Shown here in pieces: positions 36,449 to 44,527 of a stretch of DNA of 64,000 bases. Under the pieces are notes generated by a model that was not told where the DNA came from, ran no database searches, and saw only the letters and a program-made list of their open reading frames with translations. Location: the IMG/VR virus record IMGVR_UViG_3300013426_000002, positions 1 through 64,000 of that record; one strand, written 5' to 3'. The first letter of the stretch is position 1, and each line of letters starts with the position of its first letter. This stretch comes from a virus. The translations under genes were made by a program, and so were the position numbers.

Positions 36449-37207
36449 AAATCATCATTTGTAAATACGCTTGAAACTGACTTAATTGAACTTAATCCTG
36501 ATAAGGAATTAGTTGTATTATCATTTTCTTTCGAAATGCTCTCTAGTAGACAAGTAGGAAGAAAATTATCTAATAAGTTGCGTCACACAACTTCAGAACT
36601 GTATAGTGCATTAGAAGATGTTACTGATAAATTACTTAAGGATATTGAAAAAGAAGTAGAAGTAATTAAACAATATCCTATCTACTATGTAGATGAATCA
36701 GCTACAGTAAGCAAGATAGAAGATACTATAACATATTTTCAAAATACGATTGCAAAAGATAAATGGCTTATTATATTTCTAGATCATACATTATTGGTCG
36801 AAGGAAATGATACTAATGATGAGCGTAAAATTATAGCTGCATTAGAAAGAGTATTTATTAGAGCTAAGAAAGTCGGTAAAACAAGTATAATTCAACTTTC
36901 TCAGATGAATCGTAATATTGAAATGCCTGAAAGGATTATAAATCCGTCAAGTCATTATCCTATGAGAAGTGACTTGTCATCCTCAGATTCTGTATTTCAA
37001 GGCAGTGACGTTATAGCAGTTTTATCAAGACCTGAAACATTGGGTATTACTGCATACGGGCCGTCACGATTACCTGTACAAAATAAAGTATATCTACACT
37101 TTCTAAAAGTTAGAGAAGGCAAATTAGCCATACTTGAATATGAGAACGACCTGCAATATAACAACTTAATTGAGGTAGATAGATCTGAGAATAAACCACA
37201 ATATTAA
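36449..37207 (+). CDS. DnaB-family replicative helicase, exon 2
   Basis: KSSFVNTLE... completes the Walker A. SFEMLSSRQVGRKL is present. Walker B is LIIFLDHTLL. The DnaB C-terminal signature is IIQLSQMNRNIEMPER...PMRSDLSSSDSVFQGSDVIAVLSRPE. Confidence 0.8.
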   Translation, partial: KSSFVNTLETDLIELNPDKELVVLSFSFEMLSSRQVGRKLSNKLRHTTSELYSALEDVTDKLLKDIEKEVEVIKQYPIYYVDESATVSKIEDTITYFQNTIAKDKWLIIFLDHTLLVEGNDTNDERKIIAALERVFIRAKKVGKTSIIQLSQMNRNIEMPERIINPSSHYPMRSDLSSSDSVFQGSDVIAVLSRPETLGITAYGPSRLPVQNKVYLHFLKVREGKLAILEYENDLQYNNLIEVDRSENKPQY

Positions 37208-37225
37208 TTTAAATTTTTGGCTAAC

Positions 37226-37741
37226 ATGACTACGACATTTTTGAATAAAAAGGGTAACAATAATAACTTTAACTTTAACGCTTACGATTTCTTGAATCCG
37301 TATTACGAGAAAATCAGTAAGAAAAAAGATGATAATTATATTGACAATCTTCTTACTAAAGCCTTTAAGAACCTAGTCCCTTGGGCAAAGAAAGAAGATA
37401 AGAAAGACAATATTTATATCATTTTCGGTGATGAACCGACGAAGAAATATACGTTTAAAAAACCGGATTATACTATTACAAGTATTTCTCCGGCTATTTT
37501 GAATCTGGAATGGAATAAGGCTGCTACACATTTGTTAGAATGTGCATATTATGCTAGTAATCCTACTTATGATTTTCTCATTGGTGATACTCCAATTAAA
37601 ATTCATGGTAATTATATTCAGGTAGGTTCTGAAATTATTCCAACGTTTACTCATTCTAATTTCTTTACTACAATGAAGAAAGAGGATCAGATTAATATTT
37701 ATAATATTGCAGTAGAAATTAATGCCATTTTTGCTGCGTAA
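37226..37741 (+). CDS. Hypothetical 171-aa protein
   Basis: The ORF start was moved from the track's TTG (37217) to the ATG at 37226. Confidence 0.65.
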   Translation: MTTTFLNKKGNNNNFNFNAYDFLNPYYEKISKKKDDNYIDNLLTKAFKNLVPWAKKEDKKDNIYIIFGDEPTKKYTFKKPDYTITSISPAILNLEWNKAATHLLECAYYASNPTYDFLIGDTPIKIHGNYIQVGSEIIPTFTHSNFFTTMKKEDQINIYNIAVEINAIFAA

Positions 37742-37833
37742 TTATTAACAAAAACTTTTCAGATTCTTTCAAATTCTATCAAATTCTTTCGTAACTTATC
37801 AAACTACATCTGAAAAGGTAAAAACATCTTAAT

Positions 37834-38577
37834 ATGATATCATTACCTACAGAAAAAGTAAAAGCAAAAGTAAATAATCCTAGATTTTTGATTATTTACG
37901 GTCGACCTAAAACTGGTAAAACTAGTTGTGCAGCGGCTCTAGAAAATAATTTAATTGTTGACCTAGAGGGTGGCTCTGAATTCTTAGATGCGTTAGCAGT
38001 ACAAGCAAGAACTGTTAATGATTTAGCTGAAATTGCAAACGCAATTAGAGAAAAAATTAAAGAAACAGGTAAAAAGCCATATAAATATATTACTATAGAT
38101 AATGCTACACGATTAGAAGAAATATGTCTATCTTATGCAGGTACTCTCTATAAAGCTCAACCTCAGGGAAAATCTTGGCAAGGTACTGATGTTAGACTGC
38201 TTCCACAAGGAGCAGGATATCAATATATTAGACTCGCTGTAAGAAAAGTTATTGATATGTTTAAAGAACTTACCGATAACTTAATTCTTATTGGTCATAC
38301 TAAGGATAAGATGATTAATAAGAATGGTGAGGATATGACAGAAATGTCATTAGATCTTGTAGGTAAACTAGGAGATATTGTATGTGGTGAAGCTGATGCA
38401 GTAGGTTTTATGTATCGAAAAGGTAATGAAACAATTATCAATTTCGATAGTAAAGACGAAACTACTAAAGGAGCAAGAGCACCTCACTTACGTGAGCAAA
38501 AAATAGTAATTGCAGAAAGCAACGAAAACAATGAATTAATATTTCATTGGGACAGAATTTATTTACCAGAAATTTAA
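37834..38577 (+). CDS. RecA-superfamily ATPase (AAA_24 / Sak4-like pattern)
   Basis: Walker A is LIIYGRPKTGKTS. Walker B-like is YKYITIDNATRLEE. The size and its context in a replication and recombination module fit the call. Confidence 0.55.
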   Translation: MISLPTEKVKAKVNNPRFLIIYGRPKTGKTSCAAALENNLIVDLEGGSEFLDALAVQARTVNDLAEIANAIREKIKETGKKPYKYITIDNATRLEEICLSYAGTLYKAQPQGKSWQGTDVRLLPQGAGYQYIRLAVRKVIDMFKELTDNLILIGHTKDKMINKNGEDMTEMSLDLVGKLGDIVCGEADAVGFMYRKGNETIINFDSKDETTKGARAPHLREQKIVIAESNENNELIFHWDRIYLPEI

Positions 38578-38600
38578 GTTAACCAAAAATTAAAAAAGAT

Positions 38601-39209
38601 ATGTATAGTTCCGAAAGAGCCAAAACCATTGTAAAAAAAGACGTAGCACACTTATCAGCAGGTATTGAAGATAATGTATTGTTAACTGCAGTAAGATTTG
38701 ATAAATCTGCTAATGGTAACATGTTTATTGAATTCAAGTTTGAAAAAGAAGGTAAAACATTAACTCATACTGAATGGGAACCAACTAAAAGAGATGACGA
38801 AACAGAAGAAAGCTTTCAGAATAAATGTGATAATCAGTTTTCAAGAATCGAACAAATCATGAAATGTTATTATCCTAATCCTGAAGATCGTCAATTTGTT
38901 GGAGAAAACTTTACCCAATTTGCTCAGTGGGTTACAAATATGCTAAATAAAGCAGATTTAAATACTTTGCTGAGAGTTAAGATTGTATACAACAATGGAG
39001 GTTATACTACATTACCTAAGTATGCAAAATATACGTTTATTGAACCAATGTCTTTGGTTAACGAAAATAAGTCTGTTATTGTAAAATTGGGTATCGACCA
39101 ATTCGAGAAACCAATTGTAGCAGATTTAGAAAAAGCTAATCCTAATCCTTTCAATGTTGAAAGCACTATGGATTCTAATAATGCCGATCCTAACGGATTG
39201 CCATTTTAA
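38601..39209 (+). CDS. Hypothetical 202-aa protein (possible ssDNA-binding partner of the ATPase, by position only)
   Basis: ORF in the replication module. Confidence 0.65.
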   Translation: MYSSERAKTIVKKDVAHLSAGIEDNVLLTAVRFDKSANGNMFIEFKFEKEGKTLTHTEWEPTKRDDETEESFQNKCDNQFSRIEQIMKCYYPNPEDRQFVGENFTQFAQWVTNMLNKADLNTLLRVKIVYNNGGYTTLPKYAKYTFIEPMSLVNENKSVIVKLGIDQFEKPIVADLEKANPNPFNVESTMDSNNADPNGLPF

Positions 39210-39343
39210 AATATAATTCTATTTGCGCAATAGAACGAAGACTTCTCACGCTTAGCATATTGACAATTAAGTTAATGATAGCGTACCAGGAGAACCAGAT
39301 CGTATGCTGGCACTGACCACACAGGGGGTAATATAAAGGTGGA

Positions 39344-39438
39344 GAAGAGTAAGCACATAAGCAGATGTGTGAATGGACCTAATACAAATGCTAACTAGCA
39401 TGTATTTAAATGGGGTGGTTCGAGTCCACCACTCTTCA
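39344..39438 (+). ncRNA. tRNA-like element (95 nt): perfect acceptor stem and T arm with an atypical core
   Basis: GAAGAGT (39344-50) pairs with ACTCTTC (39431-37). The T arm is GGTGG-TTCGAGT-CCACC. Internal hairpins are CACAT-AAGCAG-ATGTG and ATAC(AA)ATGC-TAACTA-GCATGTAT. No canonical 7-nt anticodon loop is present. Confidence 0.5.
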
Positions 39439-39458
39439 CTTATTTAAATTCGTATCAT

Positions 39459-40457
39459 ATGTATGACTCTACAAAAATAAAACAACAAAATGATCCAATT
39501 ACTTTGGATTATATTTTATCAAAAGTCACAGAGTATGATATTTATGCTCGATATATTGGACAATTCAAGATTGGTTTTATATACAATAGTCCATTTAGAG
39601 AAGATAAAAATCCTTCATTTGGAATATTCAGAAGTAGAAAATCAGGTAAATTACTATTTAAAGATCATGGAAATGGTGATTGTGGGGATGTTATTAAATT
39701 TGTAGAGCTTTATACAGGTTTGACAAATTATAATGACATATTAAATAGAATTATAACCGATATGTCTATTACTAATAATACCAAACTAAAAAGTACAAAA
39801 ATATATGAGTCTAAAGATACTGTAATAGGTGTTGTTAGACAAGATTGGACAGATATTGATAAACAATATTGGTCACAGTTTGGTATTACTAAGGAAACAT
39901 TAACCAAATTTAACGTATCTAGTATAAAATATTACTTATGTGATGGTGTTGTTAAAGGTATATATAAAGATAATAATCCTATGTATGCTTATAAAGTATA
40001 TGATCATTTCAAAATTTATAGACCATTAGCAGATAAATATACTAAGTGGCGTAATAATCTAACTCCTTATGATATTCAAGGGTATGAACAATTACCTAAA
40101 AAAGGTGATTTATTGATTATTACTAAATCATTGAAAGATGTTATGTGTTTATATGAAATGGGATATGCTGCAATATCACCATCATCAGAAAGTACTTTTA
40201 TACCAGATAAAGTATTAAAGCAACTTAAATGTAGATTTAAAAATATAATTGTTATCTACGATCGAGACAAAGCAGGATGTAAAAATTTACGTAAAATTAC
40301 AACAACTTATAGACTAAAACCGTTATTAATCCGTAAAAATTTTAAAGCAAAAGATATTTCTGATGCTATCAAACTTAATAGTTTTGAAACTATAAAAAAT
40401 TGGATTAATAATGAGTTCAGGAAACAAAGAAATTTGGAAAAAGATAGAAGATTATGA
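39459..40457 (+). CDS. DNA primase (TOPRIM-type)
   Basis: The N-terminal motif is NSPFREDKNPSFGIF. The TOPRIM-like pattern is LLIITKSLKDVMCLYEMGYAAISPSSES...IIVIYDRDKAGCK. The last 15 or so codons run into the HNH gene in another frame. Confidence 0.8.
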   Translation: MYDSTKIKQQNDPITLDYILSKVTEYDIYARYIGQFKIGFIYNSPFREDKNPSFGIFRSRKSGKLLFKDHGNGDCGDVIKFVELYTGLTNYNDILNRIITDMSITNNTKLKSTKIYESKDTVIGVVRQDWTDIDKQYWSQFGITKETLTKFNVSSIKYYLCDGVVKGIYKDNNPMYAYKVYDHFKIYRPLADKYTKWRNNLTPYDIQGYEQLPKKGDLLIITKSLKDVMCLYEMGYAAISPSSESTFIPDKVLKQLKCRFKNIIVIYDRDKAGCKNLRKITTTYRLKPLLIRKNFKAKDISDAIKLNSFETIKNWINNEFRKQRNLEKDRRL

Positions 40458-40899
40458 CTATATAGTTAGTAATTTCGGAAGGATTAAAAATTTAAAGAAT
40501 AACAACTTTTTAAAACCACAAGATAATCGAAATGGTTATTTAAAAGTATGTTTATCCAAACATGGAAAGGTTAAACAATTTTTGATGCATAGATTAGTAG
40601 CAGAATTGTTTATAGATAATCCAAACAATTTACCACAAGTTAATCATAAAGATGAAAATAAGAAAAATAATAATTTTTCTAATCTAGAATGGTGCACTAA
40701 AAAGTATAACATGAATTATGGTAAATTAAAAAACTTTCATAAAAAAGAAATTGCAAAATATGAAAATGGATACTTTAAATGTAAGTATAATTCTTTGAAA
40801 GAAGCTGCAGAAATAAATAATTTATCTAAAAGTTCTATTAGTCGTTGTTGCAAAGGACTACAAAAAACATATGTTGGATTTACGTGGAAATATATTTAA
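40411..40899 (+). CDS. HNH homing endonuclease (NUMOD4-like N-terminus plus HNH_3-type core), free-standing
   Basis: The sequence reads EIWKKIEDYDYIVSNFGRIKNLK...NGYLKVCLSKHGKVKQFLMHRLVAELF...VNHKDENKKNNNFSNLEWCT. Confidence 0.8.
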   Translation: MSSGNKEIWKKIEDYDYIVSNFGRIKNLKNNNFLKPQDNRNGYLKVCLSKHGKVKQFLMHRLVAELFIDNPNNLPQVNHKDENKKNNNFSNLEWCTKKYNMNYGKLKNFHKKEIAKYENGYFKCKYNSLKEAAEINNLSKSSISRCCKGLQKTYVGFTWKYI

Positions 40900-40905
40900 A
40901 AATGG

Positions 40906-40983
40906 AAAGCTAAAGATATATCCGATGCCATAAAATTAAACGGATTTGAAGTTATTAAAAATTGGTTAAAAGAAACAATATGA
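40906..40983 (+). pseudogene. Orphan duplicate of the primase 3' end (KAKDISDAIKLNGFEVIKNWLKETI then stop)
   Basis: Eighteen of 20 aa are identical to primase residues encoded at 40344-40403. Nucleotide identity is only 47 of 60, and most changes are synonymous. The duplicate keeps an ATGA overlap with the next gene's ATG at 40980. Confidence 0.75.
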
Positions 40984-41558
40984 TATGGTTTACTTCAGAT
41001 CTACATTTCTTTCATGATCGTATTTTAGAATTCCATCCAAAACGTAAAGAGTTGTTTGGAAATACTGTTGAAAAAGCTAAAGAAGCTATGATACAATTAT
41101 GGAATTCCAGAGTAAATAAGAAAGATACAGTATATATTCTTGGTGATTTAGCATTTGGTGAAGTAGAAGATAAAAGAAAACTATTTCAAAGACTAAATGG
41201 TAATAAAGTATTAATACTTGGCAATCATGATAAAATACCAGATCATTTAAAATGCTATTTTAATCATATTACTCAAATCAAGAATATTAAGTTTAAGAAA
41301 TCTGTATATAATTTCTTATACAAAGATCTAAATGTTATTATGTGTCATTTTCCAATGTTAAGTTGGGAACATAAAGATAAAGGATCGATTATGTTACACG
41401 GTCATTGTCACGGAAAAGTAGATAAAATAAATACAGATTCTAAAGAATTAAGAGTGGATGTAGGTATAGATGCAAGTCTAGCTAACTATGACTTAATATC
41501 TTTAGAGAAACTTTCTAAATATTTAGAAAAACATGACAATAACAACAACACCATTTGA
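40980..41558 (+). CDS. Calcineurin-like metallophosphoesterase
   Basis: MIWFTSDLHFFHD, ILGDLAF, LGNHD and LHGHCHG are present. The track's TTG start at 40962 is replaced by the ATG at 40980. Confidence 0.8.
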   Translation: MIWFTSDLHFFHDRILEFHPKRKELFGNTVEKAKEAMIQLWNSRVNKKDTVYILGDLAFGEVEDKRKLFQRLNGNKVLILGNHDKIPDHLKCYFNHITQIKNIKFKKSVYNFLYKDLNVIMCHFPMLSWEHKDKGSIMLHGHCHGKVDKINTDSKELRVDVGIDASLANYDLISLEKLSKYLEKHDNNNNTI

Positions 41559-41635
41559 ATTGGCACTTATTGTATTTATTTCCAATATTAGTGCTGTGTT
41601 AATCTGTGAAGGAATTGAAGCTATAGTAGAAGCAT

Positions 41636-42043
41636 ATGAAAACTACAAAAAGAAGAAAAAAGACTTCACAAAATAAAAAGGTTAAAAATGCTACACCTAA
41701 TATATATGATGGAATACAATTCAAATCACAATTAGAAACATATGTTTATAAACAATTAAAGGCTCATAATCTTAAAGCAGAATATGAGCCTATTAAATTT
41801 GAATTATTACCATCATTTACATTTTGTGGCAAGAAAATTCGTGCTATGACTTATACTCCAGATTTTGTTGGAGATAATTTTATCATTGAAGCAAAAGGTA
41901 GACCTAATGATGTGTTTCCGTACAAATGGAAATGGTTTATGTGGTCTTTACTAAACAAAGGTTTAGCTGAGAAGTATAAGTTATTTATAGTACATAATCA
42001 TAAAGAAACTGATGAATGTATTAGACGAATTCAAGAATTATAA
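41636..42043 (+). CDS. PD-(D/E)xK-fold nuclease (DUF1064-like pattern; possible junction or structure-specific endonuclease)
   Basis: The core pattern YTPDFVGDNFIIEAKGRPN is present. Confidence 0.5.
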   Translation: MKTTKRRKKTSQNKKVKNATPNIYDGIQFKSQLETYVYKQLKAHNLKAEYEPIKFELLPSFTFCGKKIRAMTYTPDFVGDNFIIEAKGRPNDVFPYKWKWFMWSLLNKGLAEKYKLFIVHNHKETDECIRRIQEL

Positions 42044-42165
42044 AAGAGAATTCATACAAAAAGTAGAAGAAATAAAATTTATCTCTACCAACACTTTCTT
42101 TAATGATGAATTTAATAAATATTTATTTATTAAAGACAAAACCAAAAAATCTAAGAAAATAGGAT

Positions 42166-42852
42166 ATGAAAATAACTGCAATTAGTGATTTACATGGCAA
42201 TCTTATTGATATAGAACCATGTGATACATTATTAATTTGTGGAGATATCTCACCATTAGAAATTCAAAGAGACTATATACAAATGACTAAATGGGCCTTT
42301 AATGAATTTCAAAAGTGGATTATGAATCTACCTTGTGATAGAGTAATACTTACTCCAGGTAATCATGATTTCTGGTTTGAAAAAATGATTACTCAACCTC
42401 AAACATATTTGTTTGATAAATTAACTATTTTAATTAACGGAGAAGTAAATATTTATTCAGGCGCAGATGACAAATACTACAAAATATATGGTACACCTTA
42501 TTGTAAAGAATTTGGTAATTGGGCTTACATGCCTGGAAATACAAAGCTACCCGATCTTTATAAAAAAATACCAGAAAATGTAGACATTCTGATTTGTCAT
42601 GATTCTCCTCTAGTAGGATACGTGGGGAACATTATGGAGCAAAAGAGTGAAGATTATCCTTACGGAGTGCCAGCAGGTAATAATTATTTATTTAATGAAA
42701 TCGCGAAAAAAGATCCAAAGTATGTATTATCAGGGCACATTCATTCCGGAGACCATTCTTTACAGAAATATTTAAATACAAAATATGCTAATGTAAGTAT
42801 ATTAGATGAATCTTATTCGATTAAATACAAACCACTAACATTTGAATTATGA
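42166..42852 (+). CDS. Second metallophosphoesterase
   Basis: AISDLHG, CGDISP, PGNHD, ICHDSP and SGHIHSGDH are present. Confidence 0.75.
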   Translation: MKITAISDLHGNLIDIEPCDTLLICGDISPLEIQRDYIQMTKWAFNEFQKWIMNLPCDRVILTPGNHDFWFEKMITQPQTYLFDKLTILINGEVNIYSGADDKYYKIYGTPYCKEFGNWAYMPGNTKLPDLYKKIPENVDILICHDSPLVGYVGNIMEQKSEDYPYGVPAGNNYLFNEIAKKDPKYVLSGHIHSGDHSLQKYLNTKYANVSILDESYSIKYKPLTFEL

Positions 42853-43013
42853 AAAATTACGAAAAGATTAACGTTAAATTGGATGAACAGAATATGGTAG
42901 AAGAATTTAACCAAGTAGAATTAGATATTATGTTGTCTTGTGATGAATATAATGATATGATGACTTATGCTAGTACAAATGCATATGAAAATTTAATTTT
43001 ACTTGAAGAATAA
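42849..43013 (+). CDS. Possible 54-aa acidic ORF (below the track cutoff)
   Basis: It has an ATGA overlap with the previous stop and a TAATG overlap with the next start. The sequence begins MKNYEKINVKLDEQNMVEEFNQVELDIMLSCDEYNDMM.... Confidence 0.5.
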   Translation: MKNYEKINVKLDEQNMVEEFNQVELDIMLSCDEYNDMMTYASTNAYENLILLEE

Positions 43014-44008
43014 TGGATATAACTATACCATATTATGAAGACCTTACTCGTATAAGCAATTCTAATATCGGTTGGTTCCTAAAAAAAGGACCAAGATATC
43101 TTAAAGAAATGCTTGATGGAAAAGAAGGATTAAAAGCTAGTTTTCTGGATAAAGGTACTATGATCCATGAATATATTCTTCAACCAGAAGAATTCTGGAA
43201 AGACTATATTATATTAGATTTTGCAGTACCTAAAGTAAAACAACAAAAAAATTTACTTGAATTCTATTCTGCTGCAAGACTCGTTGATCCTCTTGCATCT
43301 GAAGATCACATATTACTTATGAGTTATGAAGCAGCTTATGATAATAATAAATCTGAAGAAAAGAAAATTCAAGAGGCAAAAGAATTAGTAGAATTATATC
43401 AAAATTATATAGAATACTTTAGAAATAAAGATTCTAAAAAAGTAATATCATTTGCAGACCTTAATATGCTAAAAGCAATTAAGAAGAATATGGAAGATCA
43501 TAAGAAAGCAAATGAATTATTATTTAACTATCCAGAAACATTTGAAGTTCATAATGAATTTCATATCAACTGGGAATATCCTAACGCTTCTTCGTTGGGA
43601 GATCTACCATGTAAGTCATTATTAGATAGAATAATGATAGATCATACAAATAAAAAAATAATATTAGTGGATATAAAGACGACAGCTGATGTTTATAATT
43701 TTAAACATTCTATAGAAGAATTTGATTATTGTCGTCAACTAGCTTACTATTGGTTGGCTATCCATTGGTATTTTAAAAACGAACTAAAACTTAATATTGA
43801 AGAATATGAATACGAAACTTATATTGTTGCAGTACAATCTCATGATGGGTATGAAGTTAGAGTCTTTAAATTCAATCCTGAAACAATTGAGGAAAGGCTT
43901 GTAACTATAGACTATGCCATAAAACGAATCGCATGGCATAAAAACAATGATCTATGGGATCATATGAAAGAATACTATGATGAAGATGGTGCTGAAATGA
44001 TATGTTGA
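43013..44008 (+). CDS. RecB-family PD-(D/E)xK exonuclease
   Basis: GTMIHEYIL, IILVDIKTTADV and CRQLAYYW are present. Confidence 0.6.
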   Translation: MDITIPYYEDLTRISNSNIGWFLKKGPRYLKEMLDGKEGLKASFLDKGTMIHEYILQPEEFWKDYIILDFAVPKVKQQKNLLEFYSAARLVDPLASEDHILLMSYEAAYDNNKSEEKKIQEAKELVELYQNYIEYFRNKDSKKVISFADLNMLKAIKKNMEDHKKANELLFNYPETFEVHNEFHINWEYPNASSLGDLPCKSLLDRIMIDHTNKKIILVDIKTTADVYNFKHSIEEFDYCRQLAYYWLAIHWYFKNELKLNIEEYEYETYIVAVQSHDGYEVRVFKFNPETIEERLVTIDYAIKRIAWHKNNDLWDHMKEYYDEDGAEMIC

Positions 44009-44475
44009 TAGATAAATATACTAAGCATAGTATATTTTCACTTCCACAAATTTTTGGTGATATTTTAAGCAAACGTGACTTGGATGATAGTGAATTTGTT
44101 AACATGTATATGAACGATGTTAATAATCCACTTCTTTCAAGTCACGTTTTTTTAGTATTTCATAATATAAAACCTTATTTGTTAAATGCTTTAAAGCAGC
44201 ATCATTTATTTCACTGTAGTTATACTATAACTATGAGTAAGATTAAATATACAGTTTTAGCTTTTAATAGAGCTTACTGTATACACGTTATAACTAGAAA
44301 GATTGAATATGGATTATATAAATCACTTGGTTATGAAACAAAAATCAAGATATTGAATTTTTGGAATGCTGGAGTAAATGGTAAATTACACAGGTATCTA
44401 TTTGATGAAAATGCTAAAACAATAAAACCATTAAGTGAAAATATTACATTACAAGACACAATAAAGCCCCAATAG
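44002..44475 (+). CDS. Hypothetical 157-aa protein, the last gene of the plus block
   Basis: ORF in the plus-strand block. Confidence 0.6.
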   Translation: MLIDKYTKHSIFSLPQIFGDILSKRDLDDSEFVNMYMNDVNNPLLSSHVFLVFHNIKPYLLNALKQHHLFHCSYTITMSKIKYTVLAFNRAYCIHVITRKIEYGLYKSLGYETKIKILNFWNAGVNGKLHRYLFDENAKTIKPLSENITLQDTIKPQ

Positions 44476-44497
44476 TATAATACTAAAGGGGCTTTAT
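44461..44497. terminator. Bidirectional terminator hairpin between convergent blocks
   Basis: ATAAAGCCCC ... GGGGCTTTAT forms a perfect 10-bp stem. The loop contains a palindrome. A/T runs lie on both sides. Confidence 0.75.
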
Positions 44498-44527
44498 TAT
44501 TGCCTTTAAAATTTTTAGGGCTATATA

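Noticed and set aside
35271-37207. Treating 35271..35480 and 36434..37207 as two independent small genes
   Set aside because: The first ends in the middle of a Walker A motif, and the second supplies the missing K-S and the rest of a DnaB C-terminal domain. The two are separated by a LAGLIDADG ORF and structured RNA with correct group I splice-site nucleotides.
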